From a virus (taxonomy: Duplodnaviria; Caudoviricetes), in the IMG/VR virus record IMGVR_UViG_3300046171_000046, positions 1 through 31,714 of that record: a stretch of 31,714 bases of DNA. One strand, given 5' to 3'. Within the stretch, counting starts at the first letter, position 1. The number at the start of each line of letters is the position of its first letter. Positions 9,657 through 18,439 of the stretch are shown here, piece after piece. Position numbers and translations under genes: made by a program. The notes under the pieces were generated by a model. That model ran no database searches. It worked only from the letters and a program-made list of their open reading frames with translations, and was not told where the DNA came from.

Positions 9657-10657
9657 TGACTACTTATAAAGATAAACATGGTTTAAAGGTACAGGCAGTA
9701 TCATCAGACCCTAGCAATCCTATAACAGGACAAGTATGGTATAACACAAGCACCAACTTATTAAAATACAAAGCACCATTAGGAGCAGGAACATGGGCTA
9801 CAGGTGGTAATCTAAACTCGGGTAGAAGAACAGGTGCATCTTTTGGAACTCAATCTGCATCTTTATATGCAGGTGGCAGATTTGCTCCTGGACCTGGAAG
9901 AACAGCTTTTGTTGAAAGCTACAATGGTAGCTCATGGTCAGAGACCACAGATTTACCTGCTGTAAAAGATAGATTAAGAGGTGCAGGAACTTCTAGTGCA
10001 GGTCTTGTTTTTGGTGGTGAGCCTGAAACAGGTGACACACAAACATGGAATGGCTCAAGTTGGACAGAGGTAAATAACCTGAACACAGCAAGACATGACC
10101 ATATGTCAGGTGGAGTGCAATCATCAGCATTAGCATTTGGTGGTGAGGGTGGTCCGAGTAATACGACAATAGGAAATACAGAATCGTGGAATGGCACATC
10201 TTGGTCAGAGGTTTCTGACTTAAATACAGCAAGAGAACAAGGTGCAGGTTGTGGTACTTCTAATACTGAATCTATATGTTTTGGTGGTGGTGTTATGCCT
10301 AGTGTACCAACAGGTGTTACTAATACCGAAACATGGAATGGAAGTTCTTGGACAGAAACAGCAGACCTAAATGTAATGAAAGTATATTGTGGTGGTTTCG
10401 GTGCTACTCCATCAGCAGTTGCATGTGGTAGTTATAGTCCATCTCCATCTGTTTGGGCTAATGTTGAAGAATGGAATGGCTCAAGTTGGGCAGAAGTAAA
10501 TAATCTTGCTCAGGGTCGATACTTTACTAATGGTGGCTCAGGTACAGGTGATTTAGGTTTGTTAGCAAGTGGAAATGCAGGTCCAGGCGTCCCAAATATA
10601 GCGAGTACAGAAGAATGGACTAAATCAGATGGTGTAGAAACTATATCAACAACGTGA
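9656..10657 (+). CDS. Kelch-repeat beta-propeller virion protein, paralog 1 (putative receptor-binding)
   Basis: About six repeats of L.FGG...TE.WNG.SW.EV.DLN..R. N-terminal DPSNP..GQVWYN module. Confidence 0.8.
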   Translation: MTTYKDKHGLKVQAVSSDPSNPITGQVWYNTSTNLLKYKAPLGAGTWATGGNLNSGRRTGASFGTQSASLYAGGRFAPGPGRTAFVESYNGSSWSETTDLPAVKDRLRGAGTSSAGLVFGGEPETGDTQTWNGSSWTEVNNLNTARHDHMSGGVQSSALAFGGEGGPSNTTIGNTESWNGTSWSEVSDLNTAREQGAGCGTSNTESICFGGGVMPSVPTGVTNTETWNGSSWTETADLNVMKVYCGGFGATPSAVACGSYSPSPSVWANVEEWNGSSWAEVNNLAQGRYFTNGGSGTGDLGLLASGNAGPGVPNIASTEEWTKSDGVETISTT

Positions 10658-10664
10658 GGATAAG

Positions 10665-10979
10665 ATGGCAAATTATAGATATTGTGTAGCAGAGAATTGG
10701 GGTAAAGGTTTTATTGAACATGATGAATCTCGTAAAATAACTTTTACTGGATATCCTGCAAATGTGTGGGGATTACCTACCAATAACAAAGATGCAAACC
10801 TATGGATTAATAAAGTATTAGGTACTGTAAAAACACACTCAGAGGCACAGGCATTAGTAAATACAGAAGTAAACTCATGGAAAACAGCATGGGATAATGA
10901 CAACGTAACAGATGAAACATCAGATGAAAAAAATCAAAGACTAGGACCAAGACCAACAGATGTAACATTAGAGGAGTAA
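10665..10979 (+). CDS. Hypothetical protein between the Kelch paralogs
   Basis: GAGG RBS, tightly packed in the operon. Confidence 0.75.
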   Translation: MANYRYCVAENWGKGFIEHDESRKITFTGYPANVWGLPTNNKDANLWINKVLGTVKTHSEAQALVNTEVNSWKTAWDNDNVTDETSDEKNQRLGPRPTDVTLEE

Positions 10980-10985
10980 TTTTGC

Positions 10986-11930
10986 ATGGCAAATTATAAA
11001 GGTATAGTTGGTCAAGAAATAGAAATTAAAGCATCAAACCCTGATAACCCTTTAATAGGACAGGTTTGGTATAATACAACAGATGATGTTGTTAGATATA
11101 AAGCACCTGATGGTGCAAACACTTGGGCAACAGGTGGCAATTTAAACACAGGTAGAAGATTATTGATTGGTACAGGAACACAGTCATCAGCATTAGCATG
11201 TGCAGGTGTATCTAGTACAAATACAGAATTGTACAATGGAAGTTCATGGACAGAAGTAAACGATATTAATGTAGGAAGATATTTAATGGCAGGATTCGGA
11301 ACACAAAGTGCGAGTATAGGTTGTGGTGGTTTTGGTCCACCAACAGGAACTACTGCTACTGAATCTTGGAATGGTACAAATTGGTCTGAGGTGAATGATT
11401 TAAACTTAGCAAGAAACTTTTCAATAGGTGTAGGTCTACAGTCAGCAGGTCTAGTATTTGGAGATGATGGTGGATTTAACAACACCGAATCATGGGATGG
11501 TACATCTTGGTCAGAAGTCGCAGACACAAATAGTTCAAGATATTCAGCAGGGTGTTGTGGTGTACAATCATCTGCTTTGTATTTTGGTGGAGCTAATCCT
11601 ACATCAGGTTCTACTTTAAATGAATCTTGGAATGGTTCTGCATGGAGTGAAGTTGGGGATTTGAACTCTGGAAGAAAAGAGTTACAAGGAGCAGGTGAAT
11701 CTAACTCATCAGGGTTGGCTATAGGTGGCTCACCAATGTCACCAACAACTCAATGCGAAGAATGGAATGGTTCGAGTTGGTCAGAAGTAAATGATTTAAA
11801 TGAACTATTTACTCAAGGTGCTAGTGCAGGAACAAAATCATTAGCATTAGCATTCGGTGATGCTTTTTCTGAGGGAAGAACTGAAGAATGGTCTCCTGTA
11901 AGTGGAGTGAAAACAGTACAAACAACATAG
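10986..11930 (+). CDS. Kelch-repeat beta-propeller virion protein, paralog 2
   Basis: Same repeat and the same N-terminal module (GQVWYN...YKAP.GA.TWATGGNLN.GRR) as 9656..10657. GAGGAG RBS. Confidence 0.8.
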   Translation: MANYKGIVGQEIEIKASNPDNPLIGQVWYNTTDDVVRYKAPDGANTWATGGNLNTGRRLLIGTGTQSSALACAGVSSTNTELYNGSSWTEVNDINVGRYLMAGFGTQSASIGCGGFGPPTGTTATESWNGTNWSEVNDLNLARNFSIGVGLQSAGLVFGDDGGFNNTESWDGTSWSEVADTNSSRYSAGCCGVQSSALYFGGANPTSGSTLNESWNGSAWSEVGDLNSGRKELQGAGESNSSGLAIGGSPMSPTTQCEEWNGSSWSEVNDLNELFTQGASAGTKSLALAFGDAFSEGRTEEWSPVSGVKTVQTT

Positions 11931-11942
11931 GATAAAAATAGA

Positions 11943-12596
11943 ATGAGCAAAGAAAACTTAACAGAACTTATAGAAAAAGAAAGTGAAAGTCTTAATAGTC
12001 TTTTAGATACAGAAGATTTAAAAGCATTTCAGTCAATGACATCTGAGTTAAAAGATACTTGGATAAAGAAACAAATGTTTCGTACAGAAACAGAAGCTAG
12101 GTTTTCTGTATTACAAGATAATCGTTGTCCAACAAACGCATCTAAGTATTGGCAATGTGTAAGAGAACAGGCAAGTTATTTAGATAATCTTATGGCATTA
12201 TCTTTTGACCACAGAAGAAATCAAGCACAAATAAATAAAATAGAAGACCAATTACAAACAGAAACAGACAAACATGAACTAGCTATTCTCGAAATAGAAT
12301 TAGATGAATGCAGATATAAAAAAGCATCTATGGAAAAGACTGCATATCATAGAGTAAGAGAGTTAAAAATGTGGTCTAAGTTGAAATCAGAATATGATGA
12401 TGGCACATTCGATACACAAGATGTTAATGAACATCAGTTAGAATCTTATGGAAGACAGTATGCAGATAAAGCTCAACACTTAACAGAACACTCATCGGAT
12501 GCAGATAAATTTAATGTACTAGGTCAGTTAAAATCACTACAAAGAATAAAAAAATCGGGTGAATTAGAAAATAAACAAAATAAATTAGATGAATGA
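11943..12596 (+). CDS. Coiled-coil hypothetical protein in the Kelch/oxygenase cassette
   Basis: 217 aa, helical and charged. Overlaps the next gene. Confidence 0.75.
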   Translation: MSKENLTELIEKESESLNSLLDTEDLKAFQSMTSELKDTWIKKQMFRTETEARFSVLQDNRCPTNASKYWQCVREQASYLDNLMALSFDHRRNQAQINKIEDQLQTETDKHELAILEIELDECRYKKASMEKTAYHRVRELKMWSKLKSEYDDGTFDTQDVNEHQLESYGRQYADKAQHLTEHSSDADKFNVLGQLKSLQRIKKSGELENKQNKLDE

Positions 12597-13197
12597 TAAA
12601 TATAGATACTACAATCAACCTCGTTCTATAACTGAACCTCGTTGGAAATCTTATGTGGTAGAAACTACAACTCCTGTGTTCACTCCTGAGCAATGTAATA
12701 AGATAATAGAAACAGGTCGGTCTCAACCAAAAACAACAGGAACAGTAGGATTATCTGACAATGTAAGAGATGATAAAACAAGACTAAGCCATGTATCTTG
12801 GATTCCATTCGGTATGTTAGAGCCAATGTATAGACAACTAGAGACTGTTATGCACAAAACTAATCTTAATCATTTCGGTTTTGATGGTATGCAACTAACA
12901 GAACAAGCACAGTATACAGAATATTCTGATGGTGGTTATTATAACTGGCACATGGATTCAGCTGTAAGCTGTGAGAAAGAACCACCTGTAAGAAAGATAT
13001 CAATGTCTTTATTGTTGAACCATGAAAGTGAGTTTGAGGGTGGTGAACTAGAATTAATTGAACCAAACAAAAAAGTACATATCAAACAAGGACAAGCTAT
13101 ATTCTTTGCATCTTTCCTAAATCATAGGGTGTTGCCTGTCACTAGAGGTGTAAGAAAATCTTTAGTCGTTTGGTTTGGGGGTGCACCCTTTCGATGA
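12589..13197 (+). CDS. 2OG-Fe(II) oxygenase, prolyl-4-hydroxylase/PKHD-like
   Basis: YYNWHMD (HxD), RKIS, FEGGEL and HRVLPVTRGVRKSLVVW (distal His, RxS). Confidence 0.9.
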   Translation: MNDKYRYYNQPRSITEPRWKSYVVETTTPVFTPEQCNKIIETGRSQPKTTGTVGLSDNVRDDKTRLSHVSWIPFGMLEPMYRQLETVMHKTNLNHFGFDGMQLTEQAQYTEYSDGGYYNWHMDSAVSCEKEPPVRKISMSLLLNHESEFEGGELELIEPNKKVHIKQGQAIFFASFLNHRVLPVTRGVRKSLVVWFGGAPFR

Positions 13198-13784
13198 ATA
13201 GAGACTTACATTTTCCTACTCCTATTTATACATTTGACCACAATGACCCTTCATTGAACGAGCAATTAGAAAGAGATATTTTGGAGTGGGTCAATCAAGA
13301 TAAAGGTATTTCTAGAACAAATGTAAATGGTTGGCATTCTGATACAAACATGCACACAAGACCTGAGTATAAAAAAATAGTAGATGGATTGTATGAAGCA
13401 CAACATATAATTTATGAACAAGAACATTTAGATAGTGAACCATTCTTAGGTAGCATGTGGGCTAATGTTAATCCTAAAGGTGGTATGAACAGAGGGCATA
13501 TACATCCCAACTCTTTATGGTCAGGTGTTTATTATGTTAAAACACCACAAGACTGTGGCAACCTAAGAATAGATGACCCAAGAACATCAGCTTCTATGGT
13601 CAGACCTAGAATGAAAGAGGGAGTACCACCTGATAGATTACACAGGGAGACAGCTTATGAACCTATAGCAGGTAGATTAATTATGTTTCCATCATGGGTT
13701 ACACATTGTGTAGATGCTAATGAATCTAATGAATTAAGAATATCTATATCATTTAATTTTCTACAAAAAGGAATGTATGTTTGA
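13194..13784 (+). CDS. Putative 2OG-Fe(II) oxygenase (TIGR02466-like)
   Basis: ATG at 13194 overlaps the previous stop. WANVN...HIHPNS..SGVYY...FPSW..H.V...RISISFN. Confidence 0.85.
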   Translation: MNRDLHFPTPIYTFDHNDPSLNEQLERDILEWVNQDKGISRTNVNGWHSDTNMHTRPEYKKIVDGLYEAQHIIYEQEHLDSEPFLGSMWANVNPKGGMNRGHIHPNSLWSGVYYVKTPQDCGNLRIDDPRTSASMVRPRMKEGVPPDRLHRETAYEPIAGRLIMFPSWVTHCVDANESNELRISISFNFLQKGMYV

Positions 13785-14370
13785 AGATGATAAATATCAA
13801 GTTATAAGAAATGCCATATCATATGACTTAGCAAACTTTATCTTCAACTATCTATTGATGAGGAGAGATTGTGCTCATTATATGTATACCAATAAAATTA
13901 TAAATAGTGATACACATTATGGTACATGGGCAGATAAACAAGTACCCAATGTATACTCAGAGTATGGCAATGGTGTCATGGAAACACTCCTTATGAAAAC
14001 ATTGCCAATAATAAAAAAAAATATTAATTTAGATTTACTACCAACATATGCTTACACTAGAGTATACGAGAGAGGTTCTGAATTAAAAAAACACAAGGAC
14101 AGACCAAGCTGTGAGATATCTGGAACACTACATTTAGGTGGAAACCAATGGGATATATATATGGATGGTGAGAGAGTAGACTTAAACATAGGAGATATGT
14201 TAATTTACTCAGGTTGCGACTTTGAACATTGGAGAGAACCATTCAATGGAGACTTGTGTGCTCAGGTGTTCTTACACTATAATAGAACAAATGGAAAATA
14301 TGCAGAGAACAATATATATGATGGCAGGGCTATGTTAGGACTACCGAGTATCTGTAAAATAAAAAAATGA
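13777..14370 (+). CDS. 2OG-Fe(II) oxygenase-like protein
   Basis: PTYAY.R.Y..GSEL..HKDRPSCEIS (HxD) and GD..IY.GC..EHWR...QVFLHY. Confidence 0.8.
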   Translation: MFEDDKYQVIRNAISYDLANFIFNYLLMRRDCAHYMYTNKIINSDTHYGTWADKQVPNVYSEYGNGVMETLLMKTLPIIKKNINLDLLPTYAYTRVYERGSELKKHKDRPSCEISGTLHLGGNQWDIYMDGERVDLNIGDMLIYSGCDFEHWREPFNGDLCAQVFLHYNRTNGKYAENNIYDGRAMLGLPSICKIKK

Positions 14371-14543
14371 AAATGACTTTAGAACAACTCGCAGAAAAGA
14401 TAGATGCACTAAGCAATCGTATGGATAAAGTAGAATCTAAGGTTGATGATTTAACATCAGTAATAAACAAGAGCAAAGGGGTAATCGGATTTTTAGCATG
14501 GGTAGGTGGTATCCTTGCAATAATCTACAACATGTGGAAATAG
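14367..14543 (+). CDS. Small coiled-coil plus C-terminal TM protein (XhlA/holin-like), not in the ORF track
   Basis: Manual translation: MKMTLEQLAEKIDALSNRMDKVESKVDDLTSVINKSKGVIGFLAWVGGILAIIYNMWK. ATGA overlap with the upstream stop. Confidence 0.75.
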   Translation: MKMTLEQLAEKIDALSNRMDKVESKVDDLTSVINKSKGVIGFLAWVGGILAIIYNMWK

Positions 14544-14544
14544 C

Positions 14545-14982
14545 ATGTTTCCTATTGAACTAATCTCAATGCTCGTATCAACAGTCTTAGGTGGAGTTCT
14601 TTCCATCATGGCTCAGAAGTCGAAAGACAAAGCAGAAGAACAAAAAATGTTGATGCAAAGAGCAAAGTTTCAATCACAACAGTTCGACAAAGCTAGAGCA
14701 GTCGATGACCCATTCACGAAAAATACGAGAAGATGGATTGCATTGATTGCAGTTGTTGCAATATTAGTTGTTCCTAAACTAGCACCATTCATAAATCCTG
14801 AACTTACAATCTATGTTGGTTACACAGAACAAGTCATGCAAGGTTGGTGGATATTTGCATCAAGCACAGATATAACACAATGGAAACCAATGACAGGTGC
14901 ATTAGTTATAACACCACTAGATACTCATGTTGTATCATCAATCGTTGGATTATATTTTGGGGGTTCTCTTGTTCGCAGATGA
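14545..14982 (+). CDS. Probable holin (3-TM type)
   Basis: Hydrophobic N-terminus, D.FTK.TRRWIAL plus TM helix, and terminal IVGLYFGGS..RR. Confidence 0.6.
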   Translation: MFPIELISMLVSTVLGGVLSIMAQKSKDKAEEQKMLMQRAKFQSQQFDKARAVDDPFTKNTRRWIALIAVVAILVVPKLAPFINPELTIYVGYTEQVMQGWWIFASSTDITQWKPMTGALVITPLDTHVVSSIVGLYFGGSLVRR

Positions 14983-15593
14983 AAAGGTTACTCGCACTCT
15001 TACTATTTAGCTCGTTAGCATTAGCTGATGCTACTAACAATGGTGCTAACAATATCAATCAGACATCGACAAGTGGGTCTCAAACATCCATAAGTGGTGG
15101 CTACTCACAAGAATCTACAACTACTTATCAGTCGGGTTCTTCATCTAATACTACTTCTAATTCTACAACTAACAATAATAATAATACTGAAACTGCTGTG
15201 AACTCAGCTCATGCTCCTGCAATGTCTGTGTATTCCCAAGATTCATGTTCTCTTGTAATCTCAGGTGGCATCACAGTCATGGGAGTATCTTTCTCAGGTG
15301 GTGGATATGTTAAGACAGATGAAGCATGTGAGAGATTAAAGAAAGCAAAAATGTTAAATGCACTTGGTATGAAGGTAGCTAGTATAAGTATTATGTGTGA
15401 TGACCCTTTAGTATTTGATGCAATGTATCGCAGTTCGACACCTTGTCCTGTGCTTACAGAAGATGGAAGGTCTGTCATTGGTGAAGAAGCTATGAAGATT
15501 ATTTTTGAAAGAAGAAAACCTACAGATGATAAAGTAGAGCAATATCGTAGATATAAGGAATCTTTGACTAATAATGGCAATAATCCGAAATAA
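14979..15593 (+). CDS. Secreted protein (204 aa) with signal peptide, Ser/Thr/Asn-rich region and Cys-containing domain
   Basis: Likely start ATG 14979 (ATGA overlap). MKRLLALLLFSSLALA is a classic signal peptide with an A-L-A cleavage site. Confidence 0.75.
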   Translation: MKRLLALLLFSSLALADATNNGANNINQTSTSGSQTSISGGYSQESTTTYQSGSSSNTTSNSTTNNNNNTETAVNSAHAPAMSVYSQDSCSLVISGGITVMGVSFSGGGYVKTDEACERLKKAKMLNALGMKVASISIMCDDPLVFDAMYRSSTPCPVLTEDGRSVIGEEAMKIIFERRKPTDDKVEQYRRYKESLTNNGNNPK

Positions 15594-17064
15594 CAACGAG
15601 CTTAAATGCCCTAAAATCGGTTGCAAACGACTAGGGTGGTATGTTTGTACCTTACTATTTATTCCAATAATTGGATTATCTGAAGTCAGAGTTACAGATA
15701 ATTTAATTAATAATAGTACATTCGAACAAGGTAATTCTAATGGGTGGACTACATCAGGTGATGTACAAGTTATCAATGATTGTTGTGGTTCTACTTACGA
15801 CTTAGAGTTTGGAGATAGTGGCAGTATTGAGCAATCGTTTTCCCTTTCAAACGATGATATTACCCAAACAATGCTTGATAATGGCATAACTTTAAACTCT
15901 AATGTCCAAGTACAAAATGGTGAAGGTGGTGAAGGTGGTTGGGCTTACAATAAAGGTGGTGCTGATTCTTTTACAATACGACTACAAATAAAAGATGCTA
16001 ACTCTAATATTCTTAACTCAGTCACACAGACAAGAACAAATACCACAGATATAAATGGGGAATACTTTACTAATTCAGTCAGTTATACAGGAACAGGTAG
16101 TAACATTGGAGACATAAAAATTAGTGGCACAGATGCAAATGCTCCTGCTTACTTAGGTGGTGCAAACATAGACAATGTTTCTGTGACTATGACTTACGAT
16201 GATACAGTTTTATCAGCTATACAAACCCAACAGATAGCCACTACATTTACAGAATTAGAAGAAATGATTGAGCTTACAGAAGAATTTATTCCTGAAGAAA
16301 TAGAAAATTTAGTTATTGAAAAATTAGTATTTGAAGAATTAATTACTGAGCTACCTGAGATTATTGAGATTATAGAGTTCTCTGCTGAAGAAGAATTTAT
16401 AGAAGAAACTATAGTCTTAGCTCCTGAGTTTTTAGAAGAACCTGTTATGATAGAATCACAAATTAGCGAAGAAATAGTAGAGGAAAGTGTTCAGGTCGCT
16501 GAAGAAGTTTTTGAGGAGATTGTTGAAGCACCTGTAGAGGAACAAGCAACAGTTGAGGAAGTTAATGCTACAGAAGAAGAAATCGTTTCGGAAAATGTCG
16601 GAACAGGAGAAGGAGAAATTGAGACAGAAACAGCAGAATCAAATGAAGTCGTTAGCGAAGAAGTCGCAGAAAACAACACAGAAGAAATCGAAGAAACAGA
16701 AACAGATACAGAAACTAATCAAGATTCAGGAGATGTTGTCGAGCAAACCGAAGTCGCAGAAGACAATAGTGGGAGTTCTGAAACCCAATTAAATATAGAT
16801 ATAGCTGACATATCTGTCAAAGTTGCTGAGAAAATAAAGACAACAGAAGGTCAGCTCAAAGCTGTATCTTTGATTGTTGCTAAAGTGATGTCTAAAAATA
16901 ACAATAAGATTGATAGTTACTCACAAGTCAATGCTGAGATATTTAAGCAACCTGTTATAATGGACAGAAACATTGACAGCTATTTTAGTCAAACTTATGT
17001 TGATGTTAGAAATATTTATAATGATAGAACATACGAGGACAGACAAGATTGGATATCAAGATAA
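15574..17064 (+). CDS. Exported protein with a CBM-like beta-sandwich, long Glu-rich region and helical C-terminus
   Basis: Hydrophobic segment near the N-terminus, NLINNSTFEQG...GW (galactose-binding-like fold start) and IDNVSV end, then about 180 very acidic residues. Confidence 0.7.
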   Translation: MAIIRNNNELKCPKIGCKRLGWYVCTLLFIPIIGLSEVRVTDNLINNSTFEQGNSNGWTTSGDVQVINDCCGSTYDLEFGDSGSIEQSFSLSNDDITQTMLDNGITLNSNVQVQNGEGGEGGWAYNKGGADSFTIRLQIKDANSNILNSVTQTRTNTTDINGEYFTNSVSYTGTGSNIGDIKISGTDANAPAYLGGANIDNVSVTMTYDDTVLSAIQTQQIATTFTELEEMIELTEEFIPEEIENLVIEKLVFEELITELPEIIEIIEFSAEEEFIEETIVLAPEFLEEPVMIESQISEEIVEESVQVAEEVFEEIVEAPVEEQATVEEVNATEEEIVSENVGTGEGEIETETAESNEVVSEEVAENNTEEIEETETDTETNQDSGDVVEQTEVAEDNSGSSETQLNIDIADISVKVAEKIKTTEGQLKAVSLIVAKVMSKNNNKIDSYSQVNAEIFKQPVIMDRNIDSYFSQTYVDVRNIYNDRTYEDRQDWISR

Positions 17065-17276
17065 TAAGTGGCATAGTTGCAATAATATTTACCTTCGGAA
17101 CGCTATTCGTTCAAGTAGGTGAAGTTTTGACAAGACTTTCAGCAGTTGAAGGAAGGTCAAGTGTTGATACAACAGTTATAGAACAGGATGTAGCTAACTT
17201 AAAAAGTGAAGTAGCTGTGCTGAAAACAAAGATAGAAAGCATGAGGGCTAAAGAAAGCAATCCATTATTGAGATGA
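17049..17276 (+). CDS. Small membrane-anchored coiled-coil protein
   Basis: TTG start with GAGGA RBS. N-terminal TM segment followed by heptad repeats. Confidence 0.7.
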   Translation: MDIKIISGIVAIIFTFGTLFVQVGEVLTRLSAVEGRSSVDTTVIEQDVANLKSEVAVLKTKIESMRAKESNPLLR

Positions 17277-17434
17277 CAGGCATCCTAATAATATTGGTTC
17301 TCATCACATTGATGATGATTATGTCATTAGCTTCTAAGATAAGAACTAAATGGCTTAGACCTGAACTATCAATAATTGAGTTATTGTTCGTAATCATAGT
17401 ATCATATATCATAGTAACCAAATTATACAGTTGA
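17273..17434 (+). CDS. Small two-TM membrane protein (53 aa), not in the ORF track
   Basis: Manual translation: MTGILIILVLITLMMIMSLASKIRTKWLRPELSIIELLFVIIVSYIIVTKLYS. ATGA overlap. Fills the gap to the next gene. Confidence 0.65.
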   Translation: MTGILIILVLITLMMIMSLASKIRTKWLRPELSIIELLFVIIVSYIIVTKLYS

Positions 17435-17441
17435 GGACACA

Positions 17442-18110
17442 ATGGCAGGATTATCAGTAGTAACAGCAGAAACAGCATATGCAATCACTTCAGCAGAGGT
17501 CAAGAATTGGTTAAGAGTAGATGGTAGTGATGATGATACAGTCATAGGTAATCTTGTTATTGCATCTCATAATTGGGCTAAAAGATATACCAATAGAAGT
17601 TTAACGACACAGACATTGAAGATGTCTATTGATTCTGTTTACGATACAGACATACCTGTCAGAGAAGGTAACTATGTTGGTATAGACCAAGACATAACAA
17701 GAAGAAGTATTTTGTTACCACAATCACCTGTAGCATCTATCACACATGTTAAATCTTTTGATGATGCAGATACAGAAAGCACTTTTGCATCAAGTAAATA
17801 TTATTTAGATAAAGCAGGTATTCCTGCACGATTTGTTTTAAGAAATGGTGAAAGTTATCCAACAGGTTTGAGAGTTGCGAATGCACTAGAGATTACTTAT
17901 GTAGCAGGATATGGCAATCAAAATGATGTACCACAGGATATCAAACATGCTTGTCTTATTTATACAGCATGGTTATTTGAACACAGAGGTGATGGCACAG
18001 AAAGATTATCAGCTCCTTATCAAGCAACACAATTACTACAACCATACATTGTTAGACAATTTGGAACTAATCCATATCGTGGCACAGCTCATTATGGTGG
18101 TATGGTCTAA
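17442..18110 (+). CDS. Head-tail connector (HK97 gp6 / phiE125 gp8-like)
   Basis: EVKNWLRVD..DDD..I..L, R.L.TQT, ITYVAGYG...VP.DIK.A, and FEHRG motifs. Confidence 0.9.
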   Translation: MAGLSVVTAETAYAITSAEVKNWLRVDGSDDDTVIGNLVIASHNWAKRYTNRSLTTQTLKMSIDSVYDTDIPVREGNYVGIDQDITRRSILLPQSPVASITHVKSFDDADTESTFASSKYYLDKAGIPARFVLRNGESYPTGLRVANALEITYVAGYGNQNDVPQDIKHACLIYTAWLFEHRGDGTERLSAPYQATQLLQPYIVRQFGTNPYRGTAHYGGMV

Positions 18111-18439
18111 TGTCTCTTATAGGAGAGATGAGAAATAGGATTGTCATTCAAACACTTGGTGGCTCAACAGATGCAGGTGGTGGACAGTCATCTAGCTTTT
18201 CAACACTATCTACTGTTTGGGCAAGAGCTGAAAATCTTAGTGGTGGAGAAGGAATCTTTGGAGACCAACTAAGAGGTACAGCAAGTTATAAATTTACTAT
18301 CAGATACAATTCATCAGTCACAGATAAGAACAGAATATCTTACAACTCAAAAACATTTAACATAACTCATGTCAAAGACATAGATGAAGGCAGAAATAAG
18401 TTCCAAGAAATATTAGCAACTGAAGGAGTAGCTACATGA
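18110..18439 (+). CDS. Head closure / head-tail adaptor (SPP1 gp16-like)
   Basis: IGEMRNRI.IQ...D.GGG...TVWA...FTIRY pattern and position after the connector. Confidence 0.9.
   Translation: MSLIGEMRNRIVIQTLGGSTDAGGGQSSSFSTLSTVWARAENLSGGEGIFGDQLRGTASYKFTIRYNSSVTDKNRISYNSKTFNITHVKDIDEGRNKFQEILATEGVAT

Noticed and set aside
9780-11900. CRISPR-like array from recurring TGGAATGG...TGG.CAGA units
   Set aside because: Units are degenerate, in frame and encode the WNGxSWxE Kelch motif. No cas genes.
9656-11930. Diversity-generating retroelement (TR/VR pair) in the Kelch genes
   Set aside because: No reverse transcriptase in the window. Repeat differences are not adenine-specific and follow protein repeat periodicity.
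14844-14978. N-terminal extension of the secreted protein given in the ORF track
   Set aside because: It overlaps the holin. ATG 14979 gives a coupled start and a clean signal peptide.
16553-16792. Lys/Gln-rich overlapping ORF
   Set aside because: Frame-shifted shadow of GAA-rich codons in the Glu-rich gene.
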